A stretch of 24,472 bases of DNA from Pseudobdellovibrionaceae bacterium. Lineage in GTDB: Bacteria; Bdellovibrionota; Bdellovibrionia; Bdellovibrionales; Bdellovibrionaceae. Shown piece by piece: positions 9,601 to 17,523 of this stretch. Position 1 is the first letter of the stretch. The number at the start of each line of letters is the position of its first letter. Position numbers and translations under genes: made by a program. The stretch lies in the NCBI GenBank assembly GCA_041288045.1, contig JBGGMM010000134.1:1-24472 (forward strand), written 5' to 3'. The notes under the pieces are model-generated. The model saw only the letters and a program-made list of their open reading frames with translations. It ran no database searches and was not told where the DNA came from.

Positions 9601-11628
9601 TTATTCACACTTCAATTCGTTGATTTTCTGATCAATGATCGGCATTCGCTTCACATCCACACTGACCAGCTCCAAAAGCGCATCAACTCTCGACAAGCGG
9701 ACCCGTGGCGAATTGGGAACAAGATCATTCACTCCTAAGCAGCGTTCTTTTAAAGCATTGGACACTTGAGGCTCTAGCAAAAGAGGCCTCATCATCTGAC
9801 AAATGTATTTGAGAGTATCCCAAGCAACGATCATGGTTTTATAGCCGTCGCGCAGTGAGATCATACTCGTGCAAGCCTTTTCATGGGGGCTGCTTCGACC
9901 CGAAGTTGTGGCCACGTTTTTGGAATCCAAATAGGTCGGATTGAGAATTTTCAGGTTCATTTGGATTTTCTCAAACTCTGCAAAGTAATTGCGGTCCGTC
10001 TGGTCCTTTTTTCTTGGATGCCAGTACTTGAAAAGTTCATACAAATTCTGATCAAATTGGGAAGCGCCTTTTGCGAAATGATCCCGTAAAACCAGAAACT
10101 GCCGTTCATAGTAGTTCATCAAATCCATGATGGGATTTCGATAGGTGTCAAAACCTGGCAAGTAAAAATTCTTGGCATTTCCAAACCAAGCCTTCAAAAC
10201 ATCGGCTTGTTTTAGCATCGCATCGGTCTTGTTGATTGAAACTTGCAGCTTATTAAAAAGCTCATCCGTGTTCATTTTTTGAATCACTTCTTGAAAACTT
10301 TTAAGAAAATTGATGTTCTGCGAAGTTCGGTTGTAATCTTTTTTGCTGGCAATTCGGGTCCGCTTAAAATCCATCAAGATTTGAAAGCTTCGACGATTGA
10401 AAGTTGATAAATAGGAGTAGAGTTCTTTGGTTTTTTGAGCGCAACTTGAAAGACTTTGTCCTTCTTTCTCAAGGTCCGATTGAAATTGATTCACTTGCTC
10501 CTGAAACACAAAATCAAGAGAGGATTTTGGCAATGAAGAAAGCTCTAAAAGACGATTATTTGTCGAAATGATCTGATTTGAAAGATCGGAAATCGGGCCT
10601 TTTAAATTGCAAACCTGCTCATCAGTTCCAGTTTGGACCGAATCTCGAATTTCAGAGAATTTGATAAAATTCTTGTTTTGTTGATCAACTGCAGAAATCC
10701 ATTTGGATTCATCTAAAATACGAAGGTTCCGAGAATCGCCGGCCCTGATTCGATTCAGTTGTTCTTTCTCTTCTTTGATCGTTTGATTCAGTTTGTTTTT
10801 TTCTTTTTCAGGATTTGCCACAAGCCCTTGCAGCAAGCGCATTTTACCATATGTTTTGACCAGCTGACAGGTGTTCACCAGAATCGAGGTCCGATTTTCC
10901 TGCTTGTTGATATCCACCCGCTTTTGCGCCACTTGCGCATACTGCGTGACTGCTGAACTCACCATGGAGGCCCCGATGATCGCGGGAGCAAACTCTTGCA
11001 AGCCCGGAATTGTCGCGACGGCCTGGACTAATAGCGGCGAAATGTCTTCGACCATTTCAGCAACACCAAAAATGATTCTCTCTGACTTTGAGTAATGAGA
11101 ATTGCAATTTCGAGAAGAATGAATATTGAGAGAGTTCCGAGCCACCATGGTGTTGACTTCATTCAGAGTCTCAACCACTTCAGTCACTGCTTGTCTGGCT
11201 TTTTCCTGCTCCATCAGCGTCAGAAGATAGGCTTGGTGAGGAGTTAATGTGGCCTTGTTCAGGCCAGTGATACTTTCGGTGTATTGATCAGCCAGCTGAT
11301 CACTGATTGTGGAAATCCCTTCTTTGAGGGTTTCCAAAAGAGCATTGAGGATTTTTTGATTCTCCGGTTTTTCAAGATTGGAAGTGACGCAATCCGAATT
11401 GAGACCAAAGGGTTCATTGATTGCTTTTTTAAGAGCCGCCATGGACTGGTTCACTTGATCAAAGTCATTGTTTTTTAAAGCTTCACAACGAAATTCTTCA
11501 GGAATTGTCGCAATTGAAATATCAACGACAGATTTTTCATTTGCCAAAGAAACAAAAGGTAAAAAAACAACCCAGGCGACCCAGGTTTTTCTCGCAAAGC
11601 TTTTCAATGAATTGGACAACTTTCTCAT
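9601..11628 (-). CDS. Large secreted alpha-helical hypothetical protein (about 675 aa)
   Basis: Long ORF. Start MRKLSNSLKSFARKTWVAWVVFLPFVSLA at 11628 gives a signal peptide, with a GGTGGG RBS-like element. Many Cys and heptad-like segments. Confidence 0.75.
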   Translation of the reverse strand: MRKLSNSLKSFARKTWVAWVVFLPFVSLANEKSVVDISIATIPEEFRCEALKNNDFDQVNQSMAALKKAINEPFGLNSDCVTSNLEKPENQKILNALLETLKEGISTISDQLADQYTESITGLNKATLTPHQAYLLTLMEQEKARQAVTEVVETLNEVNTMVARNSLNIHSSRNCNSHYSKSERIIFGVAEMVEDISPLLVQAVATIPGLQEFAPAIIGASMVSSAVTQYAQVAQKRVDINKQENRTSILVNTCQLVKTYGKMRLLQGLVANPEKEKNKLNQTIKEEKEQLNRIRAGDSRNLRILDESKWISAVDQQNKNFIKFSEIRDSVQTGTDEQVCNLKGPISDLSNQIISTNNRLLELSSLPKSSLDFVFQEQVNQFQSDLEKEGQSLSSCAQKTKELYSYLSTFNRRSFQILMDFKRTRIASKKDYNRTSQNINFLKSFQEVIQKMNTDELFNKLQVSINKTDAMLKQADVLKAWFGNAKNFYLPGFDTYRNPIMDLMNYYERQFLVLRDHFAKGASQFDQNLYELFKYWHPRKKDQTDRNYFAEFEKIQMNLKILNPTYLDSKNVATTSGRSSPHEKACTSMISLRDGYKTMIVAWDTLKYICQMMRPLLLEPQVSNALKERCLGVNDLVPNSPRVRLSRVDALLELVSVDVKRMPIIDQKINELKCE

Positions 11629-11852
11629 AAACAACCCACCCAGTTTGATTCCTGCCATCCACCGGTTTCGACCGATGATCTTTATCTTCAGCGACCCACC
11701 ACCGAAGACTTCGATTGAGAATATGCCAAAATTTGTCCCATCTCTCCACCAAGAGTGACCGCAGAGATAAAAAAGAATGAAAAACCAAAGATTTTTCTGT
11801 TCATTTTTCCCAACTGTCATTTTTTTCGACAGCATTTCAATTCAAGCTCTCC

Positions 11853-12084
11853 TCAACTCCAGAGCAACTGCCAATCGGCTGTCGAAAGCCCTCTCAATCT
11901 TTGCTTGGAGTACTTGATCTCACCTTTCGCCTCTTTCTCATTGAGCCTGATATAATTCCTAACCGTGAGATAAGCCTTCCAGCCTTTCACGATGCGTGTG
12001 AAAGGCCGAAATTTCCAAAGCTTGGTCTTCCTTCCCCCTGTCTTTGTGGGGACTTGTCTTGATCCCGTAGTTGGGTGGGGGGTA
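11853..12084 (-). pseudogene. 3' fragment of an HUH/Y1 (IS200/RAYT-like) transposase gene interrupted by the IS110 element
   Basis: Encodes TPHPTTGSRQVPTKTGGRKTKLWKFRPFTRIVKGWKAYLTVRNYIRLN..., the LW..RPF.R and Y-x3-N catalytic region of Y1 transposases. Joins in frame to 13526-13905. Confidence 0.85.
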
Positions 12085-12091
12085 TCGTCTG

Positions 12092-12103
12092 TGAAAAACA
12101 GCA
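12092..12103. repeat. Subterminal inverted repeat, right end (TGAAAAACAGCA)
   Basis: Exact reverse complement of 13509-13520; 4 nt from the core. Confidence 0.92.
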
Positions 12104-12412
12104 AGAAAAAAATAAAAGTTTCCCCTAACTTGATCCTAGCTCAAATTCATCCATAAACTATTTGCTTTCGTCTCTCTCTACGCGGTGAAGATGATCTTTT
12201 CTAATGGACACATCTTTGATGCCTTTTCGTTTGCATTCAATCGTCTGTTAGGTGCCTCAAGGGCCATTCCATTCATTGTGGATATATGCGGAAGTCGGGA
12301 CAGTCGGTCACACTGAACCTGTCCTTTTTTCAAAGACGGTTACCATACCCATGGTCCTCTTGCTTCCATCCTGCCAAGACTCCTCATTCCTCGAAGAGAA
12401 CTGATAGGAAAA
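12104..12412 (-). ncRNA. Putative bridge RNA/seekRNA of the IS1111-type element (exact ends unknown)
   Basis: Non-coding region 3' of the recombinase. On minus it contains GGGTAT (12345-12350) and GTGACCGA (12304-12311), matching the two strands of the target, and ACAGACGA (12241-12248) and ATGT (12210-12213), matching the two strands of the circle junction. Each pair flanks a hairpin and is closed by a stem (folded by eye). Confidence 0.82.
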
Positions 12413-13432
12413 CTACTTCGGTAAATTCTCTAAAATTAAATTTTCATCGTATGCCTTTTTGTTCTTAACAATGCTCAAACAAATCGAAGCGACCTTGCGA
12501 GCCAGTGCTCTTCTCGCTACTCGTTTGTCGAGATTCTTTTTCTCAATGGATTCTAGGTAGAACTTTTTGAGTGCGGTTTCTTTTCCCATAATGATATTTA
12601 TCGCTGTTCCCAGGAAAGCCTCTTTAAGCTCCGATCTCCCATGAACAGAGCGGATTCTCACGGTAGCTCCATCACTTTCATCTCGATACTTAACAAGCAT
12701 CGAATACGCCCAAAGATGATGCTTACTCTTAAACCTTTTCCCATCACCAAGCCAAGCTGCAATCACATGGGCTCTGATGGGACCGATACCAGGAACTGAT
12801 TGCAATAACTCAACGGTAGAAAGAGCTAAAGTGTTGCTCTCAAGTAAAGCCTTAAACTCTGCGACCTGCCTATTCTTTTCGACAAGCTCAACAGACATTT
12901 TCTGAGCAACTAATTTTTTAATGGGATTTTCAATAAGTTCAAAAACTTCTGGCTTCTCCCAAAATCTTCCCCGAGTCTCTACGACAACAGCTTCAGAACG
13001 AAGTAAAGCTTTCAAATTCTTTCTCAGCACCACAAATCGACGAGAAGTATCAGTGTAGTATTTTACAAAAGCTCTGGAATCAAATTCAGCTGAATCACTG
13101 TGATGAACCTGAGTTAAATTTCCAGCCTTAAGCTGCATGGCCAAATGAAGTGCATCTCGATAGTCAGATTTAGGACCTGTCTTTTTGGGTAAGTAATTTG
13201 GATTGCAAATAATGAGTTCATCAACGCAGTCCTTCATAAAGCGATAGGCCCAGTGAGATGTATTTGTTTCTTCAAAAACAAGCTTTTTTACACCTGAAAT
13301 GCTTTTCAGAAAGCTTTTGATTTCTGCTTTTTTCGTGGCCATTTTTTTCTGATGGGTAATTTCGCCATCATCATTAAAAATCACAAAAGTTGATGTTTTA
13401 CTATGCAGATCTAATCCGATATAGTTCGTCAT
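12413..13432 (-). CDS. IS110-family recombinase (DEDD RuvC-like domain plus Tnp20 domain), 339 aa
   Basis: YIGLD (D8), VFE (E54), KSDYRDA (D90, D93), SVPGIGP, RFKS, AYSML..ES(253)DG, ALARK; AAGGAG RBS; no frameshift or internal stop. Confidence 0.95.
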   Translation of the reverse strand: MTNYIGLDLHSKTSTFVIFNDDGEITHQKKMATKKAEIKSFLKSISGVKKLVFEETNTSHWAYRFMKDCVDELIICNPNYLPKKTGPKSDYRDALHLAMQLKAGNLTQVHHSDSAEFDSRAFVKYYTDTSRRFVVLRKNLKALLRSEAVVVETRGRFWEKPEVFELIENPIKKLVAQKMSVELVEKNRQVAEFKALLESNTLALSTVELLQSVPGIGPIRAHVIAAWLGDGKRFKSKHHLWAYSMLVKYRDESDGATVRIRSVHGRSELKEAFLGTAINIIMGKETALKKFYLESIEKKNLDKRVARRALARKVASICLSIVKNKKAYDENLILENLPK

Positions 13433-13508
13433 GCAGTCTCCTTGGTGAATAGTTCGTTGTAAAAACCATTCTCTGGGGCTCCTGGTTGCTTTGGCAATCA
13501 GGAGCGAC

Positions 13509-13520
13509 TGCTGTTTTTCA
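13509..13520. repeat. Subterminal inverted repeat, left end (TGCTGTTTTTCA)
   Basis: Exact reverse complement of 12092-12103; 5 nt from the core. Confidence 0.92.
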
Positions 13521-13525
13521 TAATG

Positions 13526-13905
13526 TCGGTCACGAGCAACTTATTCTTCCCGAACTCCTGGGCGATTTGTCCTGCCACAACTCTTAGAAAATGCTGAGCG
13601 AGAGATCTTTTCGAGATTCTGATCAACAAATGAATGTGATCTCCACAAATGGCTTTCTGCTCGATTTTCACAAAGAACTTTTTCGAATAGCGCTTGAGCA
13701 CTCTTTCACAGATGGAAAAAGCAAGAGGTGAGCGAAACCCCCGGCGCATCCCAAGGCGATCAGCTTTCAGCACCAAATGAATGGGATCCTTCGAAGATAA
13801 AGACCTGGCACCACGGCCCAAGCGTTTTTGTCGTAAGATCCCGCCGTGTGTGTAGCGGAATTTCCAGTGAACTTTTCCAAATTCAAATCCTAGTTGGTGA
13901 CCCAT
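13526..13905 (-). pseudogene. 5' fragment of the HUH/Y1 (IS200/RAYT-like) transposase gene
   Basis: MGHQLGFEF...PIHLVLK...DHIHLLIR (HUH motif)...LLVTD; GGAGG upstream. It now reads into the IS end and stops at 13498. Confidence 0.87.
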
Positions 13906-13910
13906 ACCCC
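13897..13910 (+). repeat. 14-bp motif GTGACCCATACCCC, an inverted 13/14 copy of the reconstituted IS target GTGACCGATACCCC
   Basis: Read directly at 13897-13910 (+), overlapping the Y1 ATG (13903-13905). The other copy is on minus and is split by the IS. Confidence 0.75.
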
Positions 13911-14023
13911 GAAGAACCTCCATGACAAGCAGGGAGTGCAAGCCCAAGGCAGGGTTCAAGGCCAATCAGCGAGAGGAGAGAGCAAAGAGTGTCCGAAGGT
14001 CGATGGGAAAAGGAAAAGAAAGC

Positions 14024-14731
14024 TTAGTCTTCTTCTTGTTCGTCGGCTGTGTAGCGATCGTTGAGCCATGGGATGGCTGTGTTGGAGTAGCCGCGAACTT
14101 CCCAAAAGCCAGGGTGGTTTTCAGCGAGAAATTCGATGCCGGAAATCCATTTGGCTCCTTTCCAGGCCCAAAGTTGCGGAGTGATCATCCGAATCGGTCC
14201 TCCGTGCTCCTTGGGCAAAGGCTTTCCATTGGCCTCATAAACCAGGAGCACATCTTCCTTCATGGCTTCCGTCAAAGAGAGATTGGTGCTGTAACCGTCA
14301 CTGGCTGTGGTGAGCACAAAACGGGCTTCGGGCGAAACCCCACAAGCCAGCGCCAGATCAGAAAATCGCACTCCCCTCCAGTGGATGCCCAACTGACTCC
14401 AACCTGTCACACAATGAAAATCGGATTGATCTTGCACCTGGGGAAGTTTCTGTAAGTCCTCCCAAGTCCAAATTTTTGGAGATTGAACCAATCCCTTGAT
14501 TTCCAGTTTCCAATCTTTCAATTCGATTTCAGGATGCACTCCCAGATCCAGAACAGGCCAATTTTTCACTTCTCTTTGATCAGGCGGCAGCGAAGGCACT
14601 CCATCCCGATTCAGCGGGCCTGATCCCATGATTTCCAAAGAAGTCTGGATCCCCTGCTTTTTTTCAGCGCGAATGCGGGCCAGATCGGTTTTAGATTTCA
14701 CGAATTTTTCATTGATTTGATCTTTTGCCAT
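14024..14731 (-). CDS. Molybdopterin-dependent oxidoreductase, sulfite oxidase family (YuiH/MsrP-like, no Tat signal)
   Basis: LPPDQ...WPVLD, DFHCVTGWS, W.GV, YSTNL, EHGGPIR, WKGAKW, GFWEVRGY; ATG at 14731 with GAGGA RBS. Confidence 0.88.
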   Translation of the reverse strand: MAKDQINEKFVKSKTDLARIRAEKKQGIQTSLEIMGSGPLNRDGVPSLPPDQREVKNWPVLDLGVHPEIELKDWKLEIKGLVQSPKIWTWEDLQKLPQVQDQSDFHCVTGWSQLGIHWRGVRFSDLALACGVSPEARFVLTTASDGYSTNLSLTEAMKEDVLLVYEANGKPLPKEHGGPIRMITPQLWAWKGAKWISGIEFLAENHPGFWEVRGYSNTAIPWLNDRYTADEQEED

Positions 14732-14748
14732 CAATTCCTCGTGCTCGA

Positions 14749-15480
14749 TCAAAGCACGTCAGTGATCACACTGATAGCGCCCATTTGTAAATACTTTTGC
14801 ATTTCTGTTTTGCTTTTCAGAGTCCAGACAGCCACTGGAATTTTCTTTTTTGCCCAAAAAGTCATTGAAGATTCGGTGACCATCGCCTGGTCCAAATGCA
14901 GACAGTGAAAACTGAAAAAAGGCGCAAGCCACATGTGCTTTAAGAGATAGTGATTCTCTGGCTCATCAGAGGGGGTCACCAGCAAAGCTCTCGGCACTTG
15001 CGGCAAATGAAGGCTGATGCGATAAAGTGAGAAAGGATTGAAGCTAGAAAAGAGCACCCGGTTTTCAGCTTTCAGTTTGCGAACCACATCAGCGGTTTTT
15101 CTCTCTAAAGCATCGTCTAACTTTTTTACGCTCTTCAGTTCGATATTCACAAAACGCGGAACTTGCGGATCCAAAAGAACTTCCGCCAGAGTCGGCACTT
15201 GAGCGCGGTCTTTCAGCTGAACGGCGGTGAGATCACTCACTTTGTCATGCAGGCCCGCCAGTCGCAACAGATCCTCGTCATGAAAAATCACCGGGATTTG
15301 ATCCTTTGAAAGTCGGACATCGCATTCAAACATCAAAGCCCCTCGGGCTCGAGCCGCACGAAAAGCGGCAAGAGTGTTTTCCTGGGCGCCATCCCCACAG
15401 TAGCCACGATGAGCTTGCATTCGGGGTAGAACCAAAGCTTGCGAGGGCCATCTCTGAACATGAATCCATTTTTCAATCAT
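14749..15480 (-). CDS. Glycerophosphodiester phosphodiesterase (GDPD family)
   Basis: AHRG, ENTLAAF, ECDVRLSKD, IFHD, NIELK, SSFN, VWT, ITD motifs. Confidence 0.92.
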   Translation of the reverse strand: MIEKWIHVQRWPSQALVLPRMQAHRGYCGDGAQENTLAAFRAARARGALMFECDVRLSKDQIPVIFHDEDLLRLAGLHDKVSDLTAVQLKDRAQVPTLAEVLLDPQVPRFVNIELKSVKKLDDALERKTADVVRKLKAENRVLFSSFNPFSLYRISLHLPQVPRALLVTPSDEPENHYLLKHMWLAPFFSFHCLHLDQAMVTESSMTFWAKKKIPVAVWTLKSKTEMQKYLQMGAISVITDVL

Positions 15481-17471
15481 CAGTTCTGTTCCACTAAAAG
15501 GGGTTGATTTCTCGTGCCATGAATCTCCCAGAATTTCTTCTTGCTGCCTTCTGAAATTTGAATCTCTCCCGAAAGTTCGGCCTTTTCATTCCATTTTCCA
15601 GAAGATCGGAGCGCACCGCTTGCAGTTTGCGCTTGAAATTGATTCCAAGAAAGAGACTGAAATTTCTGTGTTCGAATGGTCGTCGTTGGCGCTGTCAGTT
15701 TAAAAGCGTTTTCAGCAGAGACTCCCATCAGAGGTTGGAAAATGGGAGCAACCGCTGATTGAGGGAAAATTTCCATTTGCGCAGCTGAAAGCTTCATCTG
15801 GATTTCATGATTGAGCGATTGAATCTGAGCTTTGGGTCTTTGAAATTTCACACCTTCAACAAAAAGCTGATCCCATTTCAAATTTCCACGAAGCTCAGAA
15901 ATCTGAGCTGACTGAAGCTGTGCCTTCAACTGCCCACTGAGAGCGCCCAAGCTGCCACCGCCAGTCATCAAAGTCTGAATTCGCGGCGAAAGCCCAAGCT
16001 CTGTGATCAAGGCATCGATCTGCATGCTTTTAAAACTCTTATCCGCCAAAATTTTCACTTTGCCTTCAAAAATCCCTTCCACAGGGCGAACTCGGTCAAT
16101 TTGAATGTTCCACTGATCTTTCTTGAGCTCCAACTCTCCACTGACCAAACTGAGAGTTTGAATTTGCCTGGAGCCACGATTTGAAAAAATAAATTCTAAG
16201 CCGGAATAATCACCCCGCAGATGCACCTGCTCTGGAGTCGTGAAATTCGCAGTGCCATTGAAAAGCCCCAAATGGCCAAGTGCCGGACTGGGATGGGGCC
16301 GATTGAGAAAAACCAAAAGCTCATTGATGTTCAGGCCGCGAATTTGAAATTCAATTGGCTTGAACCGAAGCGGCTGAAAACTTTGGATCTCAATTTGCTG
16401 ACTGGAAATTTCACCGAGATCGCCCTCCATTTTCACATTGCTGATGAAAAGTGGAGATTTTGCAATATTCGAAACTGGCCCCTCAGCCTTCATATGTCCT
16501 GAGATCCAAGCTCGCTTGCCATTGAATTCAGATTCGACATACCGGTATTTTTTTAAAATGGGGATGATCCGACTGAGAGGCAAATGACGAAGGTCCGCTT
16601 CGAAAGTGAGATTCTGAGTCTTCTGATCCAAAAAAGCTTTCAAATCGTATTGCCCTTCTCTCCACAGTCCTTTGATTGCAGTTTCAATCGAGGGGCTCTC
16701 TCCTTCCCTCAGATCGACTTGCAAATCGGCGTAGGCACCGTACTCGCGGGCCGATGATTCGCCCTCTAAATGAAGGCGCCCGATGAGTTGTATCCATCTC
16801 GGATCTTGATCGAGGAGCTGAGCTTTGAAATTTTCGATTTCAAATGAAGTAAAGGCCAAGGGCAAATAGTGAATTTTTAATTTTGATATCAAAACCGTAT
16901 CAATCGGATTTTCTCTGGGGACATTTTCAAATTTTCCCATCACAGGAGCTCTCTGGCTCGGCCCTGGAATCTGCGAAGAATTGGTTGGCTCAACGGAAGC
17001 CGCAGACCTCGAAGATGGAGGTTCAACCAAAGAAGCACTGCCTTCTTGTGCTGGGCACTGCCGAAAAGGTGTTTTCAAACTGAGATTCACTTCATCGGCA
17101 AGCACTTGATGAATGAGAATTTTCCCCTGGAATAAATGCTTCAAGGAAAGTGGCAGTCGAATTTCATTGATTTCAGCAAGCGGCGTGAACCAACAGGGAT
17201 TGACGGATTCAATTTTGACATTTTCAATCACCACGGCAAGGTCTGGCCAAAACCCACGTGCAAAGCTCACGTGAGCGGATTCAAATTGAATCGACAGATC
17301 CTTGTGAATATTTTGAGTGGCTTCGTACAGATGGACTTGCACTCGATCCGGAGAAACAGAGGCGCGAATGGCTAGCCCGATAAAAAAAGCCAGAAACAGC
17401 CCCATAAAGCTCAGACCCAAACCGGGCTGTTCAGCGACTAAATCTTTTTCCATCGGGGGAATGGGTGCCAT
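15480..17471 (-). CDS. Membrane-anchored beta-rich protein, AsmA-like
   Basis: Single N-terminal TM helix followed by long alternating beta-strand patterns; stop overlaps the GDPD start. Family assignment is inference. Confidence 0.55.
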   Translation of the reverse strand: MAPIPPMEKDLVAEQPGLGLSFMGLFLAFFIGLAIRASVSPDRVQVHLYEATQNIHKDLSIQFESAHVSFARGFWPDLAVVIENVKIESVNPCWFTPLAEINEIRLPLSLKHLFQGKILIHQVLADEVNLSLKTPFRQCPAQEGSASLVEPPSSRSAASVEPTNSSQIPGPSQRAPVMGKFENVPRENPIDTVLISKLKIHYLPLAFTSFEIENFKAQLLDQDPRWIQLIGRLHLEGESSAREYGAYADLQVDLREGESPSIETAIKGLWREGQYDLKAFLDQKTQNLTFEADLRHLPLSRIIPILKKYRYVESEFNGKRAWISGHMKAEGPVSNIAKSPLFISNVKMEGDLGEISSQQIEIQSFQPLRFKPIEFQIRGLNINELLVFLNRPHPSPALGHLGLFNGTANFTTPEQVHLRGDYSGLEFIFSNRGSRQIQTLSLVSGELELKKDQWNIQIDRVRPVEGIFEGKVKILADKSFKSMQIDALITELGLSPRIQTLMTGGGSLGALSGQLKAQLQSAQISELRGNLKWDQLFVEGVKFQRPKAQIQSLNHEIQMKLSAAQMEIFPQSAVAPIFQPLMGVSAENAFKLTAPTTTIRTQKFQSLSWNQFQAQTASGALRSSGKWNEKAELSGEIQISEGSKKKFWEIHGTRNQPLLVEQN

Positions 17472-17523
17472 GACCTCAGTCTCGCAAAGGCCTTAGAAAA
17501 AGCCAATGAAAGAGGTGGCGGCT

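Larger units (their letters stand above)
12088..13528 (-). mobile_element. IS110-family insertion sequence, IS1111 subgroup, 1441 bp counting one CGA core
   Basis: DEDD recombinase; perfect 12-bp subterminal IRs at 12092-12103 and 13509-13520; TCG (CGA on minus) at both junctions (12085-12087, 13526-13528); long non-coding region downstream of the ORF. Removal restores an intact host reading frame. Confidence 0.93.

Noticed and set aside
11814..11832. Hairpin CTGTCA-T7-CGACAG after the Y1 gene as an IS200/IS605 end; possible tnpB
   Set aside because: No matching hairpin upstream of the gene and no TnpB/IscB ORF, so an IS605-type element cannot be supported.
12085..12087. TCG at both ends as a DDE-type target-site duplication
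   Set aside because: IS110-family elements recombine at a shared core, and CGA appears in both the donor and target guides.
12105..12131. AAGTT/AACTT hairpin plus T-run (minus) as terminator of the bridge RNA
   Set aside because: Only a 5-bp AU-rich stem; plausible position but too weak to call.
12286..12468. 60-aa plus-strand ORF over the IS non-coding region
   Set aside because: No RBS or motifs, antisense to the recombinase end; the region is better explained as structured guide RNA.
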